In this document: piece by piece, positions 6,313 to 15,306 of the stretch
How positions within the stretch are numbered: position 1 is the first letter of the stretch
Layout: the number at the start of each line of letters is the position of its first letter
Source: a virus
Lineage: Duplodnaviria; Caudoviricetes
Direction: 5' to 3' (one strand)
DNA length: 64,000 nt
IMG/VR virus record: IMGVR_UViG_3300021979_000004
Location: 32,001-96,000 of that record
Notes under the pieces: generated by a model
Told to the model about the DNA's origin: nothing
Database searches by the model: none
The model's input: only the letters and a program-made list of their open reading frames with translations
Position numbers and translations under genes: made by a program

Positions 6313-6408
6313 GTAACCGAAACTGCTATCGGAAGTGCGAGTGTACATAAGCTGCCAATGTATATGTAGTGGGGATCGTTACATCAGCCCTGAGAAGGCC
6401 ATACTCAA
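6301..6408 (+). ncRNA. ~108-nt multi-branch structured RNA, unknown
   Basis: TTGAGTATG/CATACTCAA, ATGTAAC/GTTACAT, CCGA/TCGG and TGTACAT/ATGTATA stems. Confidence 0.6.
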
Positions 6409-6431
6409 ACCAATTACTATGAGTAACCTAT

Positions 6432-6647
6432 ATGTCTGATATTAAAATGGTCGCTAGTGAAATTCTAAAAATTGATTGGCGAAGTGAAAGTAAATGGGAT
6501 GTGTGTGATAAAGTCTCTGAATCGATGCAGGAAAATGACTGCTATACTTTTACTATTGATGATCTTAAGAGTGAAGGATTCAATGGTGATCAGATTTCTG
6601 AGATAATGCAATGTTTGCATATCCATTGTTTGTTGGTGATGATCTAA
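6432..6647 (+). CDS. hypothetical protein
   Basis: 71-aa ORF in a coupled run. Confidence 0.65.
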   Translation: MSDIKMVASEILKIDWRSESKWDVCDKVSESMQENDCYTFTIDDLKSEGFNGDQISEIMQCLHIHCLLVMI

Positions 6648-6826
6648 TGAGTAATGTAATCTATCCTAAAAAGTTCTTTATAGAGGACACCGCAGAGAAT
6701 TGGGAAAATGGTTCTCTGGGTTGTGATGAAAGGTTTGTAAAAGTTGCGGACGATTCGATCAATGATTTGATCGATGAAGCTGCTAAAAATGGTCGAATAC
6801 AATGGGAAGACGAAGATGAACATTAA
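6647..6826 (+). CDS. hypothetical acidic protein
   Basis: ATG 6647 overlaps the upstream TAA. Confidence 0.65.
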   Translation: MSNVIYPKKFFIEDTAENWENGSLGCDERFVKVADDSINDLIDEAAKNGRIQWEDEDEH

Positions 6827-6998
6827 ATCAAAGATTAAGTTTTATATTCATAAAGGCTTTAGTGAACTCGATGCTACCAAGATGGCGATTGAAGATGCAC
6901 AAAAAGTCATTAATGATATGGATGAAAAGCTTTCTAAAACACTTAATTATTTGAGTGTAGATGAAGTTAAAGAAGTCTATGGAGACATGAATGGCTAA
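6816..6998 (+). CDS. hypothetical protein
   Basis: ATG 6816, overlap-coupled. Confidence 0.65.
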   Translation: MNIKSKIKFYIHKGFSELDATKMAIEDAQKVINDMDEKLSKTLNYLSVDEVKEVYGDMNG

Positions 6999-7167
6999 AT
7001 CATGTGGAACTTGCAGACATTGGACTAAGATGAAGTTTGCCTTTCGTGGTCGTGGTCTGTGTGAGAAATATGATATAGGTTGGTGTTCTCCAAATTCCTA
7101 TCGTGATTGTAAAGGATGGGAATCTATAAAATACAAGAGAAAAATAAAGCATAAGCAATTGTTTTAA
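6991..7167 (+). CDS. small Cys-rich protein (MAKSCGTCRHW...C...C...C)
   Basis: Read manually, 58 aa, GGAG RBS; possible metal or Fe-S binding. Confidence 0.65.
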   Translation: MAKSCGTCRHWTKMKFAFRGRGLCEKYDIGWCSPNSYRDCKGWESIKYKRKIKHKQLF

Positions 7168-7174
7168 AATATTA

Positions 7175-7204
7175 GCCGGGGTGGTGGAATTGGTAGACAC
7201 AAGA
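7175..7204 (+). pseudogene. 5' half remnant of a tRNA-Leu gene
   Basis: GCCGGGGTGGTGGAATTGGTAGACAC closely matches the 5' halves of the tRNA-Leu genes at 7696 and 9431; breaks at the anticodon arm. Confidence 0.75.
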
Positions 7205-7252
7205 TAAACGCAATGATTCTTCTGTTTAGTATAAATAAAACAGGAGGTCATT

Positions 7253-7705
7253 ATGATAGATATAAAAGAATATATAAAATTACCAAAGGAAGAAAGACAA
7301 ACACATTTAAAATTGGAAGAACCTTGTTGTGAACGTGGTGGAAAGTCAACACAACACAAGGGCGTACTAGCGCAGTATTTGAATACAACTATACCGTCTG
7401 GTAGAATATTGCTATGTCATGCTTGTAACAATGCAGATTGTAGTAACCCCAATCATTTATATTTTGGAACAGATAGGGAGAATATAATAGAAGACGGTAA
7501 GAAATTTGGTACATTTAGATCGCCGTGGGAAAGTATGGTAGCAAAACATGGTTATGAAAAAGCGTGTCAAATGCAGAGTAGAAAAAGTGATCATTCTAAG
7601 GCTGGAAAAGCAAACACAAAACCTAAGTCAGAAGAACACAAGAGAAAAATTTCAGAAGCTGTTAAAAGAAAACATGCTGAAAGAATTAAGAATAACCCGA
7701 AGTGA
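7253..7705 (+). CDS. HNH homing endonuclease
   Basis: LCHACNNADCSNPNHLYFGTDREN motif; C-terminal KSEEHKRKISEA (NUMOD3-like); stop codon lies inside the tRNA. Confidence 0.88.
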   Translation: MIDIKEYIKLPKEERQTHLKLEEPCCERGGKSTQHKGVLAQYLNTTIPSGRILLCHACNNADCSNPNHLYFGTDRENIIEDGKKFGTFRSPWESMVAKHGYEKACQMQSRKSDHSKAGKANTKPKSEEHKRKISEAVKRKHAERIKNNPK

Positions 7706-7781
7706 TGGAATTAGGTAGACATGGAGAACTTAAAATTCTCTGGCGTATGCCGTGCGAGTTCAAGTCTCGCCTTCGGGACCA
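7696..7781 (+). tRNA. trnL: tRNA-Leu (UAA)
   Basis: CCCGAAG/CTTCGGG acceptor, anticodon loop CT-TAA-AA, long variable arm, CCA. Confidence 0.95.
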
Positions 7782-7795
7782 AATTGGAGAAATAT

Positions 7796-8359
7796 ATGTT
7801 AGATATTTTTAAAACGATTGTTCAATTCATACCAGTTTTTGGTAATTATATTGTAAGAAAAATAGACAATAATGAACTTAGAATAATGTTTAAAAAAAAT
7901 AACGATCCCTTTTATTCTATCATGGAAGGTAATCAACATATTTTAGATATATTTGTAAATGAAATTGAGAATCATAAAAATGATACATGTTGTCTCATAG
8001 AAAGTGAAAATTCTTTACAAAACTTAAATGTTAATGAAACTAGGGATATTTTAATTCAATTGGAAGAATACAGTTATTTGGAACTTCATGGATCAATTGG
8101 AACATCAAACTTTTATGCAATAACTTTATCAAATAAAATTATCTATTGTATATCAGACTTAAAATATAGTAAAAAAGTGAAAAAATTAGAATCTATGGTA
8201 GATGATATGTCTCCGGGGCAAGAACTACAGGGACATGATGTTAAAGAGAAGCTTGGTCTACCATTGCCTATAATAGATTCATACTTTAAAAAATTTAAAA
8301 AAACTAAAAATGGCTTGGTCAGCGATGAAGTGGGTCAATGTATGTTTAGAAAAATGTAA
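7796..8359 (+). CDS. hypothetical protein, possible C-terminal winged helix
   Basis: ATG 7796 with GGAG RBS (the track start overlaps the tRNA). Confidence 0.75.
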   Translation: MLDIFKTIVQFIPVFGNYIVRKIDNNELRIMFKKNNDPFYSIMEGNQHILDIFVNEIENHKNDTCCLIESENSLQNLNVNETRDILIQLEEYSYLELHGSIGTSNFYAITLSNKIIYCISDLKYSKKVKKLESMVDDMSPGQELQGHDVKEKLGLPLPIIDSYFKKFKKTKNGLVSDEVGQCMFRKM

Positions 8360-8373
8360 TCAAAGTAACTCCT

Positions 8374-8766
8374 ATGAATAAACTCCAACGTATAAAAGAT
8401 AAAATCGAAAGCATTCTTGACTATTGGAATGGTGACTATAACGAACTGGCTATGCGTGATGCATTATGTCATTATAGTGACTCGTTTGATGAAGTTATGG
8501 AAGACATAGATGATATAGATCAAAGCAACATTCTGGATGAAACATGGCGCTACTGCGAAGAATATGGTTTACCAGAATGTATCGGTGAGTTTGGTGGCAG
8601 TGGCTTTTCAGAAGACGTTTTAGTAACTGATGGTAAGCGAAAATGGGTAGACTCAGTTATGTATCCTCATGGTGTTTACGGTGGTGATACTACCCCAAGG
8701 TTTTGTAAGAATCATGACTCTGTAATAGCATGGATGAGAATACCAGCATTACAGAACAGAAAATAG
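8374..8766 (+). CDS. hypothetical protein; C-terminus VLVTDG...VIAWMRIP resembles DUF551-like phage domains
   Basis: 130-aa ORF. Confidence 0.75.
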   Translation: MNKLQRIKDKIESILDYWNGDYNELAMRDALCHYSDSFDEVMEDIDDIDQSNILDETWRYCEEYGLPECIGEFGGSGFSEDVLVTDGKRKWVDSVMYPHGVYGGDTTPRFCKNHDSVIAWMRIPALQNRK

Positions 8767-8791
8767 TATTACATTGTTAAAAGGTGAGTTT

Positions 8792-8977
8792 ATGTCTGAA
8801 ATGGAAATGCCTGAAGTCGGCAAAGTTGTGAATGCTGTTCTTGAACATTGGTATACTAAAGGACGTGTTGGTGCAGAGCTTGTTCATGTTGATGAGGATG
8901 ACTGTGACTGGCGAACGGCTGATGATAACTCAGAGCTTGATCTTAACTGGAATGTGGTTGAATGGGAATATAAGTAA
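8792..8977 (+). CDS. hypothetical protein
   Basis: ATG after AGGTGAG RBS. Confidence 0.7.
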   Translation: MSEMEMPEVGKVVNAVLEHWYTKGRVGAELVHVDEDDCDWRTADDNSELDLNWNVVEWEYK

Positions 8978-9394
8978 ATGAATTATGGTTTCGATTATAA
9001 AAAATATTATATTGTTACTGAGATTTCTGTACATTATTCTCATAGAAACAGTTGTATAGGATTTGTTAAATATCCAGATTCTGAAGATAAAGAACTTCTT
9101 AGGCATAAAGATATGGTTATGAAAGAAGTTGAAAAGGTTGAAAGTTCAACAGGTGCTAAGTTTTGTCATCTTTGTTTTTATAGTCACACATTGCCACACA
9201 GGTTTATATTGATATTTGATATGGGCTTACAAGATAAGAATTTTATTAATAAAATGAAAATGAAAATTCCTCATATGGTTGAGGATATTAGGCCAGATGA
9301 TGATAGCTATATTGTTCTGATGAAAAACCGTTATGAAACAATGGATGTTTATGAGCATGATGGATTCACTGCATTTACAGATGCTACTAGTTGA
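8978..9394 (+). CDS. KLK-motif family protein (FINKMKMKIP)
   Basis: 138-aa ORF; motif shared with the array. Confidence 0.75.
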   Translation: MNYGFDYKKYYIVTEISVHYSHRNSCIGFVKYPDSEDKELLRHKDMVMKEVEKVESSTGAKFCHLCFYSHTLPHRFILIFDMGLQDKNFINKMKMKIPHMVEDIRPDDDSYIVLMKNRYETMDVYEHDGFTAFTDATS

Positions 9395-9430
9395 TCTTTA
9401 TATCGATAGTATGTTAAAATAGTTTGAATA

Positions 9431-9515
9431 GCCGAGGTGGAGGAATTGGTAGACTCGGGAGACTCAAAATCTCCTGTCTTCGGGCGTGTGGGTTCAAGTC
9501 CCACCCTCGGCACCA
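9431..9515 (+). tRNA. trnL: tRNA-Leu (CAA)
   Basis: Full cloverleaf, anticodon loop CT-CAA-AA, CCA; upstream TTGATC-N-TAAAAT promoter-like site. Confidence 0.95.
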
Positions 9516-9530
9516 AATTGGAGCATTACT

Positions 9531-9743
9531 ATGTTTAACGTTGATCCTAATAGTGTATTTTACCCAGAAAACAAAGACGGTGAATTCATTCGAGACACCA
9601 CTAAGTTTCTTTGGCTTCCAACTACAGCGTATGTTGATCACTCCCTTGGGTATGTTACCGACGATACCCGCTGGTTGAGAATTTCACGTGTTCGCCAAAA
9701 ACTTGAAAATGGCAAATGGGTAACCTTCGAATTTTTGGATTGA
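9531..9743 (+). CDS. hypothetical protein
   Basis: ATG 9531 with GGAG RBS. Confidence 0.7.
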   Translation: MFNVDPNSVFYPENKDGEFIRDTTKFLWLPTTAYVDHSLGYVTDDTRWLRISRVRQKLENGKWVTFEFLD

Positions 9744-9744
9744 T

Positions 9745-10134
9745 ATGATTACGATTGAAGATATTGCAGCACAAGTTGTTAATGAGTTTGTTAAACCTAA
9801 GTTCAAAACAAATCCTGAATTTGTTGCATTGAATTATCATGCGGAAGAAGAAAATCGATATTACTCATGTTCTATTCATTTATTGATTTCAGACTTTGAC
9901 GCTGATAGTGAAGGCGTTGAGCCTCATCTACTAAATGAAGAGTTGTGTGAGTATCTTATTGATAATAAAATATCACAGTTTGGGTCGTTACATTATTATG
10001 AGTTTGATCAATATGGATTAGAAGTTTTATTTTATATTGATTTCAGTACTGTTCGTGAGTTTATGAACCGACTAAAGTTAAAGAATGAAAAGCCTGAAAA
10101 GTTATATCAAATGTCTAAAATATTGGTGGCTTAA
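9745..10134 (+). CDS. KLK-motif family protein (FMNRLKLKNEKP)
   Basis: 129-aa ORF. Confidence 0.75.
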   Translation: MITIEDIAAQVVNEFVKPKFKTNPEFVALNYHAEEENRYYSCSIHLLISDFDADSEGVEPHLLNEELCEYLIDNKISQFGSLHYYEFDQYGLEVLFYIDFSTVREFMNRLKLKNEKPEKLYQMSKILVA

Positions 10135-10554
10135 ATGAAACTAAACAAGTATCTTTTTAATTTCGCACATTCTATTGGTGAACATAAACCTGATGTTTAT
10201 TTTAAAGAGTTTGTTAAGAACCTAAAAGGTTATCAGGTGGAAGATTTTACTGTCGAAGAGCTTAACAAAATCTGTGAAATTGTCCGTCGAGGGTTTGAGA
10301 GTGACTTTTATTCGTCGTTGGCGAATTATGTGTACGATAAGTATGAAGACACTGATGTTATGACTGAACTCAAGATGATTGCCTATGAAGAAGGTGAGTT
10401 TGAATACAGCGATAACTTTCGTATTAGTGATGGTAGTGCTATTGATGAAGCCATTTATTTTGTTACAAAGGCAACTGGATGTTGTGGGTTCTATGATGAT
10501 GAAGTTATCATTAAAGGTAAAAAGTATAAAATTGGTTTCAACTATGGACATTAA
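10135..10554 (+). CDS. hypothetical protein
   Basis: 139-aa ORF, coupled. Confidence 0.8.
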   Translation: MKLNKYLFNFAHSIGEHKPDVYFKEFVKNLKGYQVEDFTVEELNKICEIVRRGFESDFYSSLANYVYDKYEDTDVMTELKMIAYEEGEFEYSDNFRISDGSAIDEAIYFVTKATGCCGFYDDEVIIKGKKYKIGFNYGH

Positions 10555-10599
10555 TATTTTTTCAATGCTATAATGATTTATCAATAAAGGGGATGTATT

Positions 10600-10875
10600 A
10601 TGCGTATTGGATTCAGTGTTCTGACTTTTAATAGTGATGGAAGTGCGCAGATAACTCACCGTCCTAATGGTGGTGATGAACTTCTTAAAGAAGAGCTTCA
10701 GGAAGCCGTGGATAAAGGTAAGCTGGTATCGGGAACCGTTGTTAAGTATCCTATGTCATATATGCTTGAAGATGTCATTAACATTTGTAAAACTGTAGGA
10801 ATCAATGTTCGATACAATGAAGTTGGTACAGACGAATACAAAAAGTACGGATGTATGAGTGTTTCGTTGACATAA
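10600..10875 (+). CDS. hypothetical protein
   Basis: GGGGA RBS. Confidence 0.75.
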   Translation: MRIGFSVLTFNSDGSAQITHRPNGGDELLKEELQEAVDKGKLVSGTVVKYPMSYMLEDVINICKTVGINVRYNEVGTDEYKKYGCMSVSLT

Positions 10876-10921
10876 AGATAATATTCCTGTATTATTAATA
10901 ATAAATCAAGGGAGAAATCTT

Positions 10922-11131
10922 ATGGCACGTTTCAATGAAGTTAATCAGGCAATCAAAAAAGAATTTCCGAATCTTGATATTGAAGTAGTACGTGGTGAAG
11001 GCTATGTTTACTTCACTGGTGACTCAGCTTATGAACATGATGTTGAATCTATCATGACACATCCAGTAAGCACGTCCACTGAAGACCTTATCAGAATGTG
11101 TAAAGAAGAGTTAAAAGACCTTGCACAATAA
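10922..11131 (+). CDS. hypothetical protein
   Basis: GGGAG RBS; upstream TTGACA promoter-like site. Confidence 0.75.
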   Translation: MARFNEVNQAIKKEFPNLDIEVVRGEGYVYFTGDSAYEHDVESIMTHPVSTSTEDLIRMCKEELKDLAQ

Positions 11132-11149
11132 TCAATAAGCTAGTATAAT
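11121..11149 (+). promoter_or_regulatory. sigma70-type early promoter
   Basis: TTGCAC-17-TATAAT followed by GGTT. Confidence 0.75.
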
Positions 11150-11180
11150 GGTTATATAAAGTTGATCAGAGGCAGAACTT

Positions 11181-11465
11181 ATGAACGTATCATCTTTCTA
11201 CTACAACGAAGATCAAGAAATGGCAGTGGTGGTTTTGAAAAACGGTGATCAGTATTCTTTTGACTCTTACAATAATACTGAAGAGCTTGATGGAATTGTC
11301 GATGAGTTCATTTATAAATATGATGAGGCTATTTCAAAGTTCTCGCCCAACGAAGACGATGAAGTTATCCATAGCTTCGAAGACAGTGAGTGGGAAGATA
11401 TCACTCATGTTTATGTAGACCTCAAGTTCGTATCTGGTAATTATATTCCAGAACGACTTAAGTAA
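11181..11465 (+). CDS. hypothetical acidic protein
   Basis: GAGG RBS. Confidence 0.75.
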   Translation: MNVSSFYYNEDQEMAVVVLKNGDQYSFDSYNNTEELDGIVDEFIYKYDEAISKFSPNEDDEVIHSFEDSEWEDITHVYVDLKFVSGNYIPERLK

Positions 11466-11478
11466 AAGTAAGGGACTA

Positions 11479-11506
11479 TTGACAGTATACTAATAAATGC
11501 TAAACT
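11479..11506 (+). promoter_or_regulatory. promoter for the tRNA-CAU gene
   Basis: TTGACA-16-TAAACT with extended -10 TG. Confidence 0.65.
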
Positions 11507-11525
11507 GTTTATAGTTAATGATTAA

Positions 11526-11603
11526 GCGTCTGTAGCTCAGTTGGTTAGTAGCAACCGTCTCATAAACGGTAGGTCGGTGGTTCAAGTCCACCCAGACGCA
11601 CCA
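11526..11603 (+). tRNA. tRNA with CAU anticodon (elongator Met or lysidine-modified Ile2)
   Basis: GCGTCTG/CAGACGC acceptor, anticodon loop CT-CAT-AA, CCA; non-initiator features. Confidence 0.93.
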
Positions 11604-11626
11604 AATTCAAAATAATAGAATATTGT

Positions 11627-12016
11627 ATGGCATGTGAAAAATTAGAATACCCATGGGATGGGTGTAAAGGATATAAAGTCTACCATAAAAAAGAAGGTAG
11701 ATATATGTTGTGTATAATTCATCCAGATGGATCGAGAACAACTACTTCTTATGCAAGATACTTAATGTCTGTTTATTTAAAAAGATTCTTATTAGAATCT
11801 GAACATGTTGACCATAAAGATGAAGATAAAACAAACGACTCTATATCTAACCTTCAAATACTTTCCCAAGTAGAAAACAATATAAAGCATGTTGTGTCTG
11901 CAAACAAATCATCTAAGTTAATAGAACTGAAATGTCCAGTATGTGGGACAGATTTTCACCAATTCTGCCTCACGTTACAACGTGAGGCTTTTTTGTTTAT
12001 ATTATATTTACTTTAA
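11627..12016 (+). CDS. HNH endonuclease, probably 3'-truncated
   Basis: EHVDHKDEDKTNDSISNLQIL motif and CPVCG; the tail of the ORF runs through a terminator. Confidence 0.8.
   Translation: MACEKLEYPWDGCKGYKVYHKKEGRYMLCIIHPDGSRTTTSYARYLMSVYLKRFLLESEHVDHKDEDKTNDSISNLQILSQVENNIKHVVSANKSSKLIELKCPVCGTDFHQFCLTLQREAFLFILYLL
11967..11994 (+). terminator. Rho-independent terminator
   Basis: GCCTCACGT/ACGTGAGGC stem plus T6. Confidence 0.85.
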
Positions 12017-12030
12017 GAGTAAATAAAGAT

Positions 12031-14592
12031 ATGACTAGAAAGCAAAGATTGGTTGATAACTTATCTTATTTGGAAAATGATATATCTAATAAGAGCGAAG
12101 TTACAAGCCGTGATTATAAACCCTACTATCAATATAAAATTGGATTCCTTGACGAACAATTTGTTCCGGTCTATGGATATCTGAATTTTGGTTATTTGCC
12201 ACATTCAACAAAGTATTTTTTATTCAAGGACAATAAAGGTAGGGAAGTTATTCTCTACAAAGGGTCACAGGGCAAACCCGAAACTGATAGTTTCTTTAGA
12301 GCCTACCGGTATGATAAGAACGATGATTTCATTTATGATAACTCACCACTTAGCACACCTTTTATGTCATCCAATCAGCGCATCAACTACATTGATTGTT
12401 GTAGTACAAATTACATAGTTGCTCAAATTAAAACGTTGGGTGATCCCAACACATACAACTATTATCTTATTCGAACTAACTCAAGTTACGACACGTCTGA
12501 GTGGCAGAATGTTTTGGACATATCAAGTTCTATGGGGTTTAGTGCATCGGTTGCTAATAATATGACTATCGATGAAAAAGAACAAAAGCTTTATGTTATA
12601 GCATCAGAAAATGCGAGTGGTGGGTTAACAAGTTTTGGTACTATTAAATTAAAAATATATGACCTTACTAATGGGAACTTCATCAACGAATATTCTATAT
12701 TTGATATGCCAACTGACTTAAATTACAGCGCCTATCCTACATCAACTAAAGCGTTAAACTATGGTGGTCTTCGTGCAGTCTTTAATTACAATACGGGCGA
12801 TCTTTTAGTGAGCCTTAAAACCATTATCTATTATGATATAAACGGTGGACGAACTTATATTACCAAAGACATTAACCTTTCTTTAAATCTTAGCAATACC
12901 TTAAGACAAACTGGCACAGGAACCTATAGTTATTACATACCTATTAATTCAACTAACTATGACTTCTTTAACAATGGTATTGGTATTGGTTCTTGGAATA
13001 CTGGCGGTAGACATGATGCTTACTCTTTTAATGAGTATGACGACTCGATCTATTATATCGATAGATCAACTTGGATCGATACCGGTTTCAACTTGAGACA
13101 TCGTGATTTCAGTAGTCCACTAACAAGCTCTGGATACTTCTTAGATTCGTTGCCAGAAATTTACCCTACACAACGACATAACGTACCGGATTCCTCGCCT
13201 TGGTCAAAAACCTGTTATAGAAAATGTATAATGACCGATGATTACTATATTGGATATGGAAACAGTACGAAATATGGTGTTACTTATTTTATTTCAAAAT
13301 ATAATATAAACGGACAGGATATAGAATTTATAGCTGGTCAATGGAGAATACTGGATGATATAAATCCGAATGGTAATATTAATATAAAATCCTTGGATAG
13401 ATGGTTTATAACAAAAAATGGATCAACTGTAGAATACTACATATATGATAATTCACTTAATGTATTTAAAATAGATATAGATAGTAACTTTAATATAACA
13501 TATACTGATATGGGATTGCAGTTGCCCACTCCTAGCTCTTCATCCTATGGTAGGCAGAATCAATGGGCAATAGACTTTTCTAATAACAAAATATATTGGG
13601 TTGTATTAGACTATGCGGACTCTCATAAAGCTAAAATCATATGGACCGATAATAATGGATCAACATGGAACTTAGGACCAGTACTTAACAGTACACAAGC
13701 CAGTGGATCGGCTTCGCAATTTAGTGATGGGAATGCTAGGGTATATAACTCTGGTGGCTCTAACATGTTTATGGAAAACAATTTGGTTTATGTCAACATT
13801 ACATATCGAAGTGTTGGTGGCGCATACGGAACTCCATACGAACAATACGATAGTACTACCAATACACTGACTACATTCTCAAATTCAAATAATCCATATA
13901 ACGGTGGCAACTCAATAGGACATAATAGTCGAATAAATTATTATGTTAGTGACACAAATATTGGTTATTATTCTATGCGCTTCTATAGTCAATCGGTGCT
14001 TTCTAATTTATTAAATGGAAATTCATTGAGTACACTTTATACCAATGTATCTACGTCATCTGGACTAGGTGCAACTCTTTTAAACTTTCCAGTATTTCTA
14101 GATGGTTATTATTATCAAACACCTACTACTGATGTTGCATTGGAAGCGAACGCAGATAACTTTGTTTATCTTGAGACAGTAGATAATACTACATTGAATG
14201 CTTATGCTAGTGTAACGGATTTGAACAATACTACTGATCGTATTAAGATTGCAAAAATAACAACGGATGCAGCAAACCCAATATCACAAGAACTGTATGA
14301 TTTAAGTTTCAATGATACGACAGCACCGAAGTATATATTTAAAAAAATAAAACTAGAAAATGTTTCTCTTTCTCAAGGACAATCAATCACCGTACTATCA
14401 AGTGAATATGGGTTAAATGATTTTGATAGGTATCGAGTTATGGACTTCAGAAGTGATGGAACTGGTGACTATTTGTTAAATAGCAATGTAGAGTACAGTT
14501 TGAGTTTTGATAAAAGTCAGATAGTCATTACATCACAAGAGAGTGGAACACAAACATATACATTTTTAATACACGTATATTTGGGGATATAA
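12031..14592 (+). CDS. large Asn/Ser/Tyr-rich virion fibre or receptor-binding-like protein with probable beta-propeller
   Basis: 853 aa; TAAATA upstream; Asp-box-like WTDNNGSTW; shares N-terminal and late modules with 14597-15286. Confidence 0.7.
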   Translation: MTRKQRLVDNLSYLENDISNKSEVTSRDYKPYYQYKIGFLDEQFVPVYGYLNFGYLPHSTKYFLFKDNKGREVILYKGSQGKPETDSFFRAYRYDKNDDFIYDNSPLSTPFMSSNQRINYIDCCSTNYIVAQIKTLGDPNTYNYYLIRTNSSYDTSEWQNVLDISSSMGFSASVANNMTIDEKEQKLYVIASENASGGLTSFGTIKLKIYDLTNGNFINEYSIFDMPTDLNYSAYPTSTKALNYGGLRAVFNYNTGDLLVSLKTIIYYDINGGRTYITKDINLSLNLSNTLRQTGTGTYSYYIPINSTNYDFFNNGIGIGSWNTGGRHDAYSFNEYDDSIYYIDRSTWIDTGFNLRHRDFSSPLTSSGYFLDSLPEIYPTQRHNVPDSSPWSKTCYRKCIMTDDYYIGYGNSTKYGVTYFISKYNINGQDIEFIAGQWRILDDINPNGNINIKSLDRWFITKNGSTVEYYIYDNSLNVFKIDIDSNFNITYTDMGLQLPTPSSSSYGRQNQWAIDFSNNKIYWVVLDYADSHKAKIIWTDNNGSTWNLGPVLNSTQASGSASQFSDGNARVYNSGGSNMFMENNLVYVNITYRSVGGAYGTPYEQYDSTTNTLTTFSNSNNPYNGGNSIGHNSRINYYVSDTNIGYYSMRFYSQSVLSNLLNGNSLSTLYTNVSTSSGLGATLLNFPVFLDGYYYQTPTTDVALEANADNFVYLETVDNTTLNAYASVTDLNNTTDRIKIAKITTDAANPISQELYDLSFNDTTAPKYIFKKIKLENVSLSQGQSITVLSSEYGLNDFDRYRVMDFRSDGTGDYLLNSNVEYSLSFDKSQIVITSQESGTQTYTFLIHVYLGI

Positions 14593-14596
14593 TAAA

Positions 14597-15286
14597 ATGC
14601 CAAGCATGTATAAACGATTAACCGATTACTTAGAATACCTAGAAAATAGTGTATATAACCGTGATGAGGTTGATTCTCGTGACTTCCTAAACTTTGAGCC
14701 TAAAGTGGGAGTTGGAAACAATAACATCGTAAGCTACACAACATCAGGTCTAACATTTACCGTAACAGAAACGCGAATATTTTTAGGTGGGTACTCACAC
14801 ATTGTTAGTAGTCTTCCATATACGTTACCTTCTAATACATTGTCTTATGTTTATTTGGAAAAAGGATCGGGTCGTGATGATATAACTATTTCTCACACAA
14901 CCACCGAGCTTCAAAACTCTTTTAATAAAATTTATATAGCTAAAGTTGAAACGAATGCATCCAGTATTACTAATGTTGATGCATATTCAGTGACACCATT
15001 TGGTTCCTTTGCGGACTATGAGAAAATGTCTTCGTTCACTACAACGGTTACGGTAGCATCCGGTTCGTCTTATGCTATAACCCTAAGTCAGTTGAGTAAT
15101 ATTAATACATTAAATAAAACGTTCTTAGACTTTACGATTCAATACAGTGTGTTTGATTCTCAATCTAGTACATATCGATATCCGGTTGTAGGAATAGAAC
15201 AGCGAATAAATTCTACTGCGGATACCTTGACAATAACAAACAATACCGGCTCTTCTGTAGATATTACAATAAATATTCATGGATAA
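14597..15286 (+). CDS. short paralog of the preceding virion protein
   Basis: Shared RL.D.L.YLEN...EV.SRD and F(L)xGY...YVYLE...IAK modules. Confidence 0.75.
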   Translation: MPSMYKRLTDYLEYLENSVYNRDEVDSRDFLNFEPKVGVGNNNIVSYTTSGLTFTVTETRIFLGGYSHIVSSLPYTLPSNTLSYVYLEKGSGRDDITISHTTTELQNSFNKIYIAKVETNASSITNVDAYSVTPFGSFADYEKMSSFTTTVTVASGSSYAITLSQLSNINTLNKTFLDFTIQYSVFDSQSSTYRYPVVGIEQRINSTADTLTITNNTGSSVDITINIHG

Positions 15287-15306
15287 AAATTTTGTGGAGA
15301 TAACCA

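Noticed and set aside
3023-9743. ORFs or 5' extensions overlapping tRNA genes (3023, 3366, 7721, 9414, 9424, 9486)
   Set aside because: They read through tRNA cloverleaves. Better starts with an RBS exist downstream for three of them (3128, 7796, 9531); the other three have no support.
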